From an uncultured delta proteobacterium (GTDB lineage: Bacteria > Desulfobacterota > Binatia > UBA9968), in NCBI GenBank assembly GCA_963816145.1, contig CAWFJP010000006.1, positions 1 through 16,245 of the forward strand: a stretch of 16,245 nucleotides of DNA, given 5' to 3'. Shown in pieces: positions 8,426 to 16,245 of this stretch; the first letter of the stretch is position 1; every line of letters starts with the position of its first letter. The notes under the pieces were generated by a model. That model had not been told where the DNA came from and did not search any database. It saw nothing but the letters and a program-made list of their open reading frames with translations. The translations under genes were made by a program, and so were the position numbers.

Positions 8426-9481
8426 CTAGAGCTTCTGCGCCATGCCGAACAAGCGCATGGCGTTGCCACCTAGGATTTTCTCTTTGTCGCCGTCCGAAAC
8501 TCCTTCCATTTCTTTGATCATCTGCACGGTGCCCTGTTTCGAGTTCCAGGTCGCCGAGGGATCGCCGTGCGGATAATCGCTGCCGACAGTAAGATTGTGG
8601 TCTTTCCAGAAATCGCAGGCGTACTTCAAAGATTCTTCGGCGGCGAAAGCCGACACCCAGATCTGGCTGAAAAATTCGCGCGGTCGCTTGCCCAATTTCT
8701 TCTTTGCTGCCGGGTCCATGTCGAGGCGGTCCATCAACCAGGGCACGAAGGCCGCCGACCCTTCGACAAAGCAGATGCGCAGCTTGGGAAACTCCTTCAG
8801 CGCGCCGCGCAGAATCAAACTGCCCATGTCGACGATGTAGCGGAACGGAAAACCGAGCAGGAAGGGCAGGGCATTGTTGTCGACTTCCAGATAGAGCTGC
8901 TCGATGCCGACCAGCGCGGGATTGGGATGGCCGTCGCGGTCCGACGCGGTGTCGTGCACGAGAATCGGCACGTCGAGATCGCAGCACTTTTGGTAAAACG
9001 GCCAAAGCTTTTCCGCGCCGAGATTGGCGTCGGCAAAGCCGCCCATGAACTTCACCGCTTTGAGGCCGAGAGTCTTTACCGCGCGCTCCAGTTCCCGGCA
9101 AGATGCTTCGACATCGGGAAGAAAGACCCACGCGACACCGAGATACTTTTCCGGATGGGCGCACTCTTTGAGGTCTTGCGCCACCGTGTCGTTATAGGCG
9201 CGCGCCAGCTCGCAGCCCAAGTCGCGATCCCAGGTGTAAAGCAGCTCGCGATTTTCCGGGATGAGCACATGGATATCGAAACCTTCCCAGTCCACATGCT
9301 GGTCGCGGGTATCGAGATGCCAGCGTCCTTTGGGCGCTTGATTCTTGATCAAGGTGCCGTCCGGCAACACCGAGCGCACGTCGTCGCCATTGCGGACGAC
9401 CCTGGGCGAGTGCGGATACTTGGCGCTAACGCCCTCCAGGAATTTGACTGGGAAATAATGAGAGTCGCAATCGATGTACAT
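8426..9481 (-). CDS. Amidohydro_2 family metal-dependent hydrolase/decarboxylase
   Basis: IDCDSH, ELARAYND, WPFYQKC..LDVPILVH, FPKLRICFVEG, GSDYPH, KILGGNAMRLF. Start placed at MYIDCD because of the AAAGGGG SD and the paralogous start at 11210. Confidence 0.92.
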   Translation of the reverse strand: MYIDCDSHYFPVKFLEGVSAKYPHSPRVVRNGDDVRSVLPDGTLIKNQAPKGRWHLDTRDQHVDWEGFDIHVLIPENRELLYTWDRDLGCELARAYNDTVAQDLKECAHPEKYLGVAWVFLPDVEASCRELERAVKTLGLKAVKFMGGFADANLGAEKLWPFYQKCCDLDVPILVHDTASDRDGHPNPALVGIEQLYLEVDNNALPFLLGFPFRYIVDMGSLILRGALKEFPKLRICFVEGSAAFVPWLMDRLDMDPAAKKKLGKRPREFFSQIWVSAFAAEESLKYACDFWKDHNLTVGSDYPHGDPSATWNSKQGTVQMIKEMEGVSDGDKEKILGGNAMRLFGMAQKL

Positions 9482-9568
9482 GATCCAGCCCCTTTCGGCG
9501 CAATTCTTCAAATAATGGCATTGCCGATATAGCGATCAAATTTAGCCCGCGCCTAGCTTCCAGACCGG

Positions 9569-9598
9569 AGCATATGACCGATCAAGTTTGGGCGTCAA
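9569..9598 (-). promoter_or_regulatory. Sigma70-type promoter of the amidohydrolase
   Basis: TTGACG-18 nt-TATGCT; both boxes and part of the spacer recur at 11243-11272. Confidence 0.7.
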
Positions 9599-9628
9599 GG
9601 AGAAAAAGCTGCGGTGATATCGCGCCGA

Positions 9629-10609
9629 TTATTTTCCGCTGTTGAGCTGGCGCACGAAGCGGTCGTCGAAGAATTGCGCCGGTATGGCTTTTTTGGTTTC
9701 CGGCATGGTTTCCGACAGGAAATCCAGGATGCCCTGAATGCCCGGCTCGGAAATCATCAGCTCGCGCTTGAAGCCTGCCTTGCGATAGAATTCGTAGGTG
9801 CGATCGATGATGTCGGGATCTTTTTCTTTGGTGTATTTGGCGATGACTTTCATAGTGAAGGGTTTGTCGCTGTAGTAGCGGTCGATGCCGGCGCGCACGG
9901 CTCGTAACAACGGCACCACCCGGGGAGCCAATTCATCCATACGGGCGCGCCTCATGACGACGCCGACGTTTTGATAGGGCTGATCCAATGTGGTGGACAT
10001 CGAATGAAATCCGGCCCGGTCGAGCTGGAAACTCGCGGGCGGCGCCGCCGCCCCGGCGACGATCTGGCCGGTCATTAGCGCCGCGGTGATCTGCTCACTG
10101 CCGCCCAATATTCGCAACTGAACATCTTTAGCCGTGAGTCCCAATTTGCGCAGCGCCACTAATGTGCCGTAAGCCACCGGACTGCCCGGCCGCTCCGTGC
10201 CGACGATTTTCCCTTTGAGTTGCTCCGCGCTCTTGATCTCGGCCCTGGCGTATAAATCCCAGATCATCGTATTGAGCATTCCCGCGGCAAAAACCACGTC
10301 GAATCCCCGCAGCGACGCGTTGATCAGCGGCACCGCCGAGATCTGGATCACATCGACTTCGTTGGCGAGCAGCGCCGGCAGGGCGAGAGTCGAGGACATG
10401 GAAATCATTTCGACGTCCAACCCTTCTTTGGCGAATCCTCCGGTTTCCTTCGCCATCCACATGGAAGCCATGGTCCCCGAAGTGAATAAGAAGGCGATGC
10501 GCAGCGGTCGCGCGGCGGCGGCGTGGCTTTCACGCGTGGGTGCAATCAGCAGCACCGTTAGCAGAGTCGCCGCAACCACACCAGAGCAAATTGTACGCAA
10601 GCCTGTCAT
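9629..10609 (-). CDS. ABC transporter substrate-binding protein, NMT1/SsuA family
   Basis: Signal peptide, WMAKETGGFAKEGLDVE, IKSAEQLKGKIVG, GLTAKDV, FFDDRFVRQL. Confidence 0.9.
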   Translation of the reverse strand: MTGLRTICSGVVAATLLTVLLIAPTRESHAAAARPLRIAFLFTSGTMASMWMAKETGGFAKEGLDVEMISMSSTLALPALLANEVDVIQISAVPLINASLRGFDVVFAAGMLNTMIWDLYARAEIKSAEQLKGKIVGTERPGSPVAYGTLVALRKLGLTAKDVQLRILGGSEQITAALMTGQIVAGAAAPPASFQLDRAGFHSMSTTLDQPYQNVGVVMRRARMDELAPRVVPLLRAVRAGIDRYYSDKPFTMKVIAKYTKEKDPDIIDRTYEFYRKAGFKRELMISEPGIQGILDFLSETMPETKKAIPAQFFDDRFVRQLNSGK

Positions 10610-10697
10610 CTTTTGTCTCGTAATTGCGAATCAGGAGCGCGCCGAAATTCGCGGTGGCTCAAATTTCATTTTTCTTGCACATGTTCCAAATCGATAG

Positions 10698-11210
10698 TTA
10701 CGCCGTCTTCTGTATCGCCGCCAATACCCGCGCCGGTGTGAACGGCGCTTCGCGGAGGCGAACGCCGACGGCGTCGAAGATTGCGTTGGCGATGGCTGCA
10801 GCGATGGGCGCGCTGGATGGCTCGCCGCCGCCAAGGGCCGGCATCTCCGGGCGATTGATCAAGACTAACTCAATCTCGGGCACATCGGGAAAGCGGATCA
10901 CTGGGTAACTGACCCAGTCCAGCGTGGTGACGCCGGAGGCGTCGAACTTGACCTCTTCCATGAGTGCGCGGCTGACGCCCTGGATGATGTTGCCCTCGAT
11001 TTGGTTCTTCAGACCGTCGGGGTTGATGATTAGACCGCAGTCGTGGGCCAAGACAAAGCGAGTAACCCGCACGTTGCCATTACTCTTATCGACTTCCACT
11101 TCGGCGACGGCTCCGCCTTTGCTCACGACTCGTGGCGAGTGCGGATATTTATCGGCAATGCCTTCCAAAAATCCCACCGGGAAATAGTGCGAATCGCAAT
11201 CGATATACAT
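10698..11210 (-). pseudogene. In-frame chimera: about 32 N-terminal codons of an amidohydrolase fused to the C-terminal ~138 aa of a xanthine-dehydrogenase-family molybdopterin subunit
   Basis: MYIDCDSHYFPVGFLEGIADKYPHSPRVVSKG matches the start of 8426-9481. GAVAEVEVDK...HDCGLIINPDGLKNQIEG...GGGEPSS matches 13158-13575. The junction is at about 11114-11116. Confidence 0.85.
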
Positions 11211-11242
11211 GGGAAACCCTCCGCCTTGATAAAGCTACGCGG

Positions 11243-11272
11243 AGCATAGGTCCGACGAAGTTACGCCGTCAA
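11243..11272 (-). promoter_or_regulatory. Promoter of the chimeric ORF (paralog of 9569-9598)
   Basis: TTGACG-18 nt-TATGCT, with GGAGGG SD before the ATG at 11210. Confidence 0.7.
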
Positions 11273-11489
11273 GGCAAAAAATACTTTCTGACCGGCAATC
11301 TCGGGAAATCGGACATGTCAAATCGGCCGCTGGCATGTGGCCTCTATCGATCGATCTGGGCAGACCGTCGGCTCTAGCGCTCGTCGATCGAGTGTGGACC
11401 GCAGCATCCAAACTCGCGGAAGTTTGGGATATGAGTTGCAAACGTTTGGTCTAGAATCGAGCTGTGGGAGAATACAATTCAATCCTGAG

Positions 11490-11520
11490 GTTTAACGCAC
11501 GGGTGAGCCGCGCCGAAGGC
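11490..11520 (-). other. Truncated attC (3' half only)
   Basis: Minus strand GCCTTCGGCGCGGCTCACCCGTGC-GTTAAAC: a TTCG-capped hairpin, L'-like box and GTTRRRY core. No matching R''/L'' half is present. Confidence 0.5.
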
Positions 11521-11602
11521 ATCTGTCTAGAGTCGCTCGCCAAGTGTAAAAATTGAGAATGTTCCTTTTTCCCTCCTTGAGTCCTTAGTCCCCCCCCGGC
11601 GT

Positions 11603-12271
11603 TTACCTCTCCAGACCGGCAGCCGAGAAGAAAGCGTGATCGGGGATGGACATAGCACGACTGACATCGGGCGCCACCTTGGTCGCTCGAAGACTGTCGT
11701 AATGGTCGTACAACATAAGAAGGTTCCTGCAGGTCTGGGCAAACAAGTTCAGCAGGTCTTGGCCCTTGTCACACGAGGAGCAAACCCTGATGCCGTACTC
11801 CAGCACGGCGAGCGCGGAAGACATAAGGAATGGCGTGTTGTCGGGCCCAAACTTGGTTGTGAATTCTATCCTTCGTTCTCGCTTGTTGCGAGAGTAGAAG
11901 TGGCCGCAAAAGGGTACACCGTCCCGAACCGAGAACGATTTTGCGGGCACCAGGTCGAAGCCAGGCGGCCAATAGTCGCTACCCAGTAGGGCGAATACGG
12001 TTTTAGAGCCGTCTGGTGGGACTTGCAGGAGCCTCACAAGCCAATCGAGCGCCTGTCTGCCGTTCGGGCTTTGCGGTCCTCCAGCACCGTAAATGACGAA
12101 GGCTTGGTAGCAGGCAAATAGGCGGATGATCTCAACAGCAAAACGTTCGGTTGAACTGGTTAGCAGCGGGTCAACGTCGTAGAAGTTACAGGTGCAGTTC
12201 TCAGGCGCCATTGCTACTTCGAACGACATCAGTTTCTTCCGGCCTGCTATGGCATCCATGAAGCCCATCAT
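11603..12271 (-). CDS. Hypothetical gene-cassette protein (222 aa)
   Basis: Long ORF filling the space between two att cores, with a GGGGG SD-like run upstream. No family recognised. Confidence 0.75.
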   Translation of the reverse strand: MMGFMDAIAGRKKLMSFEVAMAPENCTCNFYDVDPLLTSSTERFAVEIIRLFACYQAFVIYGAGGPQSPNGRQALDWLVRLLQVPPDGSKTVFALLGSDYWPPGFDLVPAKSFSVRDGVPFCGHFYSRNKRERRIEFTTKFGPDNTPFLMSSALAVLEYGIRVCSSCDKGQDLLNLFAQTCRNLLMLYDHYDSLRATKVAPDVSRAMSIPDHAFFSAAGLER

Positions 12272-12371
12272 TCACCCCCGCGCGCCTGCTTCATTTTAGT
12301 TCAGGCGCATGGCTGTTGCATGTTACTCTGCGTCATCGATCTATCTACCCCCAGGGGCTGTGTCCTTGCCG

Positions 12372-12426
12372 GGCTAACGCCAAGGCTGAGAAGCGCGACT
12401 CGTCTTTCTCAAGCCGCTGGTTAGGG
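12372..12426 (-). other. attC site (55 bp)
   Basis: Minus strand: R'' CCCTAAC (contains the ORF stop), CAGCG, L'' GCTTGAGA with one extra base, loop, L' TCTCAGC, CTTGGC, R' GTTAGCC. Confidence 0.9.
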
Positions 12427-12762
12427 TTTTAAAACACCAAGCCAACGGAGAAACGCTATGACCTTATCTGATGCCGCTATGATGGTTGCGATAATCGCAA
12501 TGATAGTTGCACGACGCGAGTTGGAGAGGGCCTCGCGAGAAATAGAAAGGCTCTTCTCCTCGCGTGACTCCTTCCGCGAGTCAGCTCCAGAATTACGATT
12601 ATCTTCCTTGGCTCGCAACCAATTTCGAACGACTAAAGATTTTGGACTGTCAACGCTGCCATGCTCACCATTGTCGCCATACTCACCCTTCATCCATCGA
12701 GAACAAACCTCGCTCTCTCCGAGTTTTTCAAGTTCAGCGACGAGATCATCTTGCCACGCCAT
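12421..12762 (-). CDS. Hypothetical gene-cassette protein with C-terminal hydrophobic helix (113 aa)
   Basis: The ATG is 11 nt after the G|TTAGGG crossover and the stop lies in attC R''. ATIIAIIATIIAA is a likely membrane anchor. Confidence 0.85.
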   Translation of the reverse strand: MAWQDDLVAELEKLGESEVCSRWMKGEYGDNGEHGSVDSPKSLVVRNWLRAKEDNRNSGADSRKESREEKSLSISREALSNSRRATIIAIIATIIAASDKVIAFLRWLGVLKP

Positions 12763-12767
12763 AATAA

Positions 12768-12819
12768 CCCTAACTATTAAGGGAAGTGCGTATGTGCTGA
12801 ATATCCCGTCAGGTTATCT
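12768..12819 (-). other. attI-like recombination site (or degenerate short attC) at the head of the array
   Basis: CCCTTAATA-GTTAGGGTT. The core is a 9-bp perfect complement of AACCCTAAC at the cassette end, and the AT-rich spacer before GTT is attI-like. A weak 52-bp attC-like geometry (AGATAAC...GGGA...TCCC...GTT) is also visible. Confidence 0.55.
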
Positions 12820-12991
12820 CGGATGCAGCGCACAGCTAGCGAATCCGATTCAATTGCAATATCCACCTGATATCTTCACTAGTCAACAAAAGGTTTTCTG
12901 ATAAAAGCCGACCGGCTCGGCGGGTAATCTCCCTAACGATCGGCGGGTTATTTCGGTAAAATCAGCGCACAGTTCCCGCAGGATTGAATTG
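12807..12991. repeat. Two ~50-bp imperfect direct repeats upstream of the array
   Basis: 12807-12856 versus 12941-12991, with three conserved blocks: CG.C.GGTTAT.TCGG (13/16), CAGCGCACAG (10/10) and GATT.AATTG (9/10). Confidence 0.75.
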
Positions 12992-13157
12992 AACGACGCT
13001 TCGGTTCCGTTATCTCTTGACGGGAAGCGGCGGCTATCGATGCCAAATCCAGCGCTGAATCCAATTTAAACGTGACCAGCATCGAAGCTGACGGTATGTT
13101 CGGTGTCCGGCTCAGCGGAGGATCGCTACGCTGCTTCGTTGAAAGTCGACCTTGCGA

Positions 13158-15425
13158 TCACGCCTTCTTCTGCATCGCCGCCAATACCCGCGCCGGTGTG
13201 AACGGCGCTTCGCGGAGGCGAACGCCGACGGCGTCGAAGATTGCGTTGGCGATGGCCGCGGCGATCGGCGCGCTGGATGGCTCGCCGCCGCCAAGGGCCG
13301 GCATCTCCGGGCGATTGATCAGAACGATCTCGATATTCGGCACGTCGGGGAATCTTATCACTGGATAGCTTTGCCAATCCAACGTGGTGATTCCGGACGA
13401 GTCGAACTTGACTTCCTCCATGAGCGCGCGGCTGACGCCCTGAACGATGTTGCCCTCGATCTGGTTTTTCAAACCGTCGGGATTGATGATCAGGCCGCAG
13501 TCGTGGGACAAGAACGAAGCGATTGACCGCCACCTTGCCCGTGGTCTTATCGACTTCCAGTTCGGCGACGGCACCGCAAATCGTTTCGGCGCGATTGGAA
13601 ATCGCCACGCCACTTCCCGTCGCTTTGGAACCGCCCGATGCCGGCGCGGGCGAAGGCCGCTCTTGCCAGTTGGCTTGCTTTACCACCGCCATTAGGGCGT
13701 CGGCACCGCGCTTGTTCTCGCCGAGATAGCGCATGCGAAACTGCACGGGATCGACTTTCAAGTCGGCGGCGATCTCGTCGATAAATGATTCGCTGGCGAA
13801 GCAGCGCGCAATATCGCCCGGCGCGCGCAGGTAACCGGTGCGCAATGGCGTTTCGTCGGATTGCAGCCAGGCACCATCGGCGCGGAGCATTTTTGATTTT
13901 CGAACGTATACATTTCACCGCCGCCCTGGGTGCCATTGGAGGCGCCATCCGAGCGTCGGCTTCATGCCGAGTTGCCGCGAGGCGAGCAAGCGCATGCCGC
14001 GGCCGGAAGAGGCGGTGAGGGGGAAGCCGCGGTCGGCAAAATCCCAGGCGATGATCTTGCCCTCGCGGTCGACGCCGGCGCGCGCTAGGTCCAGCTGCGC
14101 CGGTCCCTTGGGCTCCCAACCATGTTCGTCCTGGCGCATCCATTGGACGCGCACCGGTTTGCCCACCGCGCGCGACATCAAAGCGGCATCCTCGGCGGCA
14201 TCGTCGGCGCCCATGCGGCCGTAGCTGCCGGAGGCTTCGCGGTAGAGTACGCGGACGTTTTTTTCGGGAAGTCCGAGGAGTTCGGCAACCGCGTCGCGCG
14301 TCGCGAATGATCCCTGGGTGCCGGTGTATAGGGTCGCTCGATTCTTGTTAACGTCGGCCACCGCACAGGGCGGTCCCATCATGCCGTGCAGCTGAAACGG
14401 CCAGCGATAGGTCGCTTCGTAAATTTTCTTGGCTTGCCCGAGCGCGCTGTCGGGGTTGCCTTTATTCACCGTCACCTGATCCCGCAGGCTTTTGGTGTCC
14501 TTTATGTAGGGAAACACTTCTTCGTAGCTCGCCGGCATCTTCGTTCCCGGCTGCGACCAAGCCACTTTCAGCGCCCGCGCCGCTTTGATCGCGGCCCACT
14601 CGGTCTTGCATACCACGCCGACGAAACTGCCTTCCTGGACAACCTTTACCAGGCCCGGAATACTTTTGACGCTACTTTCGTCGACGCTCGCCGGTTTCGC
14701 GGCGATCGTCGGCGGCCGCACCACGCGACCATGCAACATGCCGGGTATCCGCACGTCATTGGCGTAAGTAAATTCGCCGGTAAGCTTGGGCGGCAGATCG
14801 TTGCGTTTTTGCGAGGTGCCGACAATTTTGTGATCTTTGACATCCTTGGCGCGCACTTCCGGCGCGACTTTCATGTTCCAGCCGGTGCCGGTGGCAGTGA
14901 TTTTAACGTTGAACTTTTTGCCGCCTATGAGTTGTCCATACGGACACGTTCTTTACGCCGTCGCTGACCACACCGTCGGCTACGGTCACCTTTTCGACCG
15001 GTGCCGTCAAATGCTTGGCAGCTAGTTTTAAGAGTTCTTGGCGCGCTGCCGCGGCGGCTTGGCGCAACTGTGGACCGCCAAGTTCGATGGTGCGGCTGCC
15101 GGCTGTGGTGCCTTGATTGATCGCTTTGTTGGTATCCAAACCGATCATGTGCACGCGGTTAAAAGGCACGTCCAATTCTTCGGCGACGATTTGCGCCAGC
15201 GCGGTTTCCACGCCCGTGCCGAGGTCGACCTTGCCGCTGAACACCGTGATCGTGCCGTCCGGTGCCACCGCAAGCCAGGAGTCGAGCTGGGTCGGGTCGG
15301 CGTCAATGCCGGGGCCAACCGTCGCTTGGCTTGATGCCGAGAGCGTGGGCAGCAAGTTGAAACTGACGATCAATCCGCCGGTGGTCTTGAGAAATTGTCT
15401 GCGCGATAATTTCAACGATTTTCAT
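13158..15425 (-). CDS. Xanthine dehydrogenase family molybdopterin-binding subunit (IorB/NicB-like), Tat signal, frameshifted
   Basis: SRRQFLK twin-arginine motif, GKVDLGTGVETALAQIVAEELDV, PGMLHGRVVRPP, HGMMGP, GSYGR, GYLRAPG, ESFIDEIA, DPVQFR, GGGEPS. Frame changes near 15420, 14942, 13950, 13870 and 13510. AAGGAG SD before the ATG at 15425. Confidence 0.9.
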
Positions 15426-15437
15426 TGTCGTCGCTCC

Positions 15438-15903
15438 TTAGGCCATCTGCCCGATGCCCGTTTCGACGCGCGAGCATATCTCAGATGCGTGCCGCAGCGG
15501 CACAGGTTGCCGGCCAGCGCTTCTTTGATCTGGGCGTCATTGGGCTTCGGATTCTTATCGAGCAAGGCCTTGGTGGTCATGATCATGCCGTTGATGCAGT
15601 AGCCGGCATTGGACGGCCTGCTCGTCGACGAAAGCCTGCTGGATCTTGTGCAGCTTCTTGGTGTTGCCGCAATCCCTCGAGGGTGGTGACTGCTTCGTTT
15701 TGCGCCGCGGCGACCGGGGTGACGCAGAGCGGATCGCTGGCGCCGTCCATGATCACGGCGCAGGCGCCGCATCGGGCCAGGCCGCAGCCGAACTTGGGGC
15801 CGTTGAGTTGTAAATCATTGCGCAGGGCGTAGAGCAGCGGCATTTCGGGGTTGGCGTCAACGGCATGTGATCTGCCGTTGACGCGCAGGGTCATCTTGGC
15901 CAT
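15438..15903 (-). CDS. (2Fe-2S)-binding small subunit (IorA/CoxS-like), frameshifted
   Basis: KFGCGLARCGAC, CVTPV, TTLEGL, GYCINGMIM and GNLCRCGTH, spread across frames. The likely TAA at 15440-15438 overlaps the next SD. Confidence 0.9.
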
Positions 15904-15968
15904 GGGGCGCTCCAGTGTGAGAGATTACTTCGTCTATAACATGAGAGTTACCCTCTGTGAATTGTTGC

Positions 15969-16245
15969 TTAACTCTTCGCCAGCGATATGGCGATGGTGC
16001 CGGCGACCACGAGAATCGCGCCGATGACGGTCCGGGTGGTGATCTTTTCGACGTCGCGTAAAAACAGCTTGCTACCGATCACGACCCAGAGCGGCAGGGT
16101 GGCAGTTAGCGGGGTGACCGTGACCACCGGGCCGAAGCTCAGTGCGTAGAGCACGAGCAGCAAGCCGAGGGATTCGAGCGAACCGCCGACGATGAAGTAG
16201 CCGATGGACTGGCGATGCCAGACCAGTCTGTCCTTGGTCGTGGGC
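15969..16245 (-). CDS. EamA/DMT-family transporter, C-terminal part (5' end off window)
   Basis: YALSFGPVVTVTPLTATLPLWVVIGSKLFLRDVEKIT..VIGAILVVAG, a typical EamA repeat end; the frame is open to the window edge. Confidence 0.85.
   Translation of the reverse strand, partial: PTTKDRLVWHRQSIGYFIVGGSLESLGLLLVLYALSFGPVVTVTPLTATLPLWVVIGSKLFLRDVEKITTRTVIGAILVVAGTIAISLAKS

Larger units (their letters stand above)
11475..12991 (-). mobile_element. Integron cassette array without integrase (CALIN-like), bounded by 13-bp inverted repeats
   Basis: Two co-oriented unrecognised ORFs, an attC at 12372-12426, a GTTAGGG core at 12774 and a half attC at 11490-11520. CAATTCAATCCTG (11475-11487) and CAGGATTGAATTG (12979-12991) are reverse complements. 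No intI in the window. Confidence 0.75.

Noticed and set aside
10698-11210. Chimera as a novel functional fusion enzyme
   Set aside because: It holds only the first strand of the amidohydrolase barrel and the tail of the molybdopterin-binding domain, so catalysis is unlikely; treated as a recombination scar.
11590-11597. Poly-C tract as a phase-variation switch
   Set aside because: Only 8 nt long and located downstream of a stop codon.
13158-15903. Molybdoenzyme subunits as true pseudogenes or programmed frameshifting
   Set aside because: Single-base indels cluster at both window ends while 1650-12762 is clean, motifs are intact, and the paralog at 10698-11114 is in frame where this copy shifts. 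Sequencing error is more likely; reads are needed to confirm.

Overview
GC-rich bacterial region, almost entirely on the minus strand. The gene mix (orphan NMT1/SsuA-type and TAXI substrate-binding proteins, Amidohydro_2 enzyme, Tat-exported xanthine-dehydrogenase-family molybdoenzyme, MetE-core protein) resembles Binatota/Deltaproteobacteria-like genomes; that taxonomy is inference only. Left to right: frameshifted XRE-HTH/PBP molybdate-sensing regulator (partial), Zn-ribbon protein, cobalamin-independent methionine synthase family protein, RluA, BrnA/BrnT toxin-antitoxin pair, MFS transporter, TAXI-like protein (+ strand), SBP, amidohydrolase, SBP, an in-frame amidohydrolase::molybdoenzyme chimeric ORF, an integrase-less integron cassette array, the frameshifted molybdoenzyme large and 2Fe-2S subunits, and a partial EamA transporter. 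The array has two unknown ORFs, one full attC, one half attC, an attI-like site, direct repeats and flanking 13-bp inverted repeats. The best leads are the inverted-repeat-bounded cassette array and the chimera/duplication that appears to record how it arrived. Frameshifts cluster at both window ends and are probably long-read errors.
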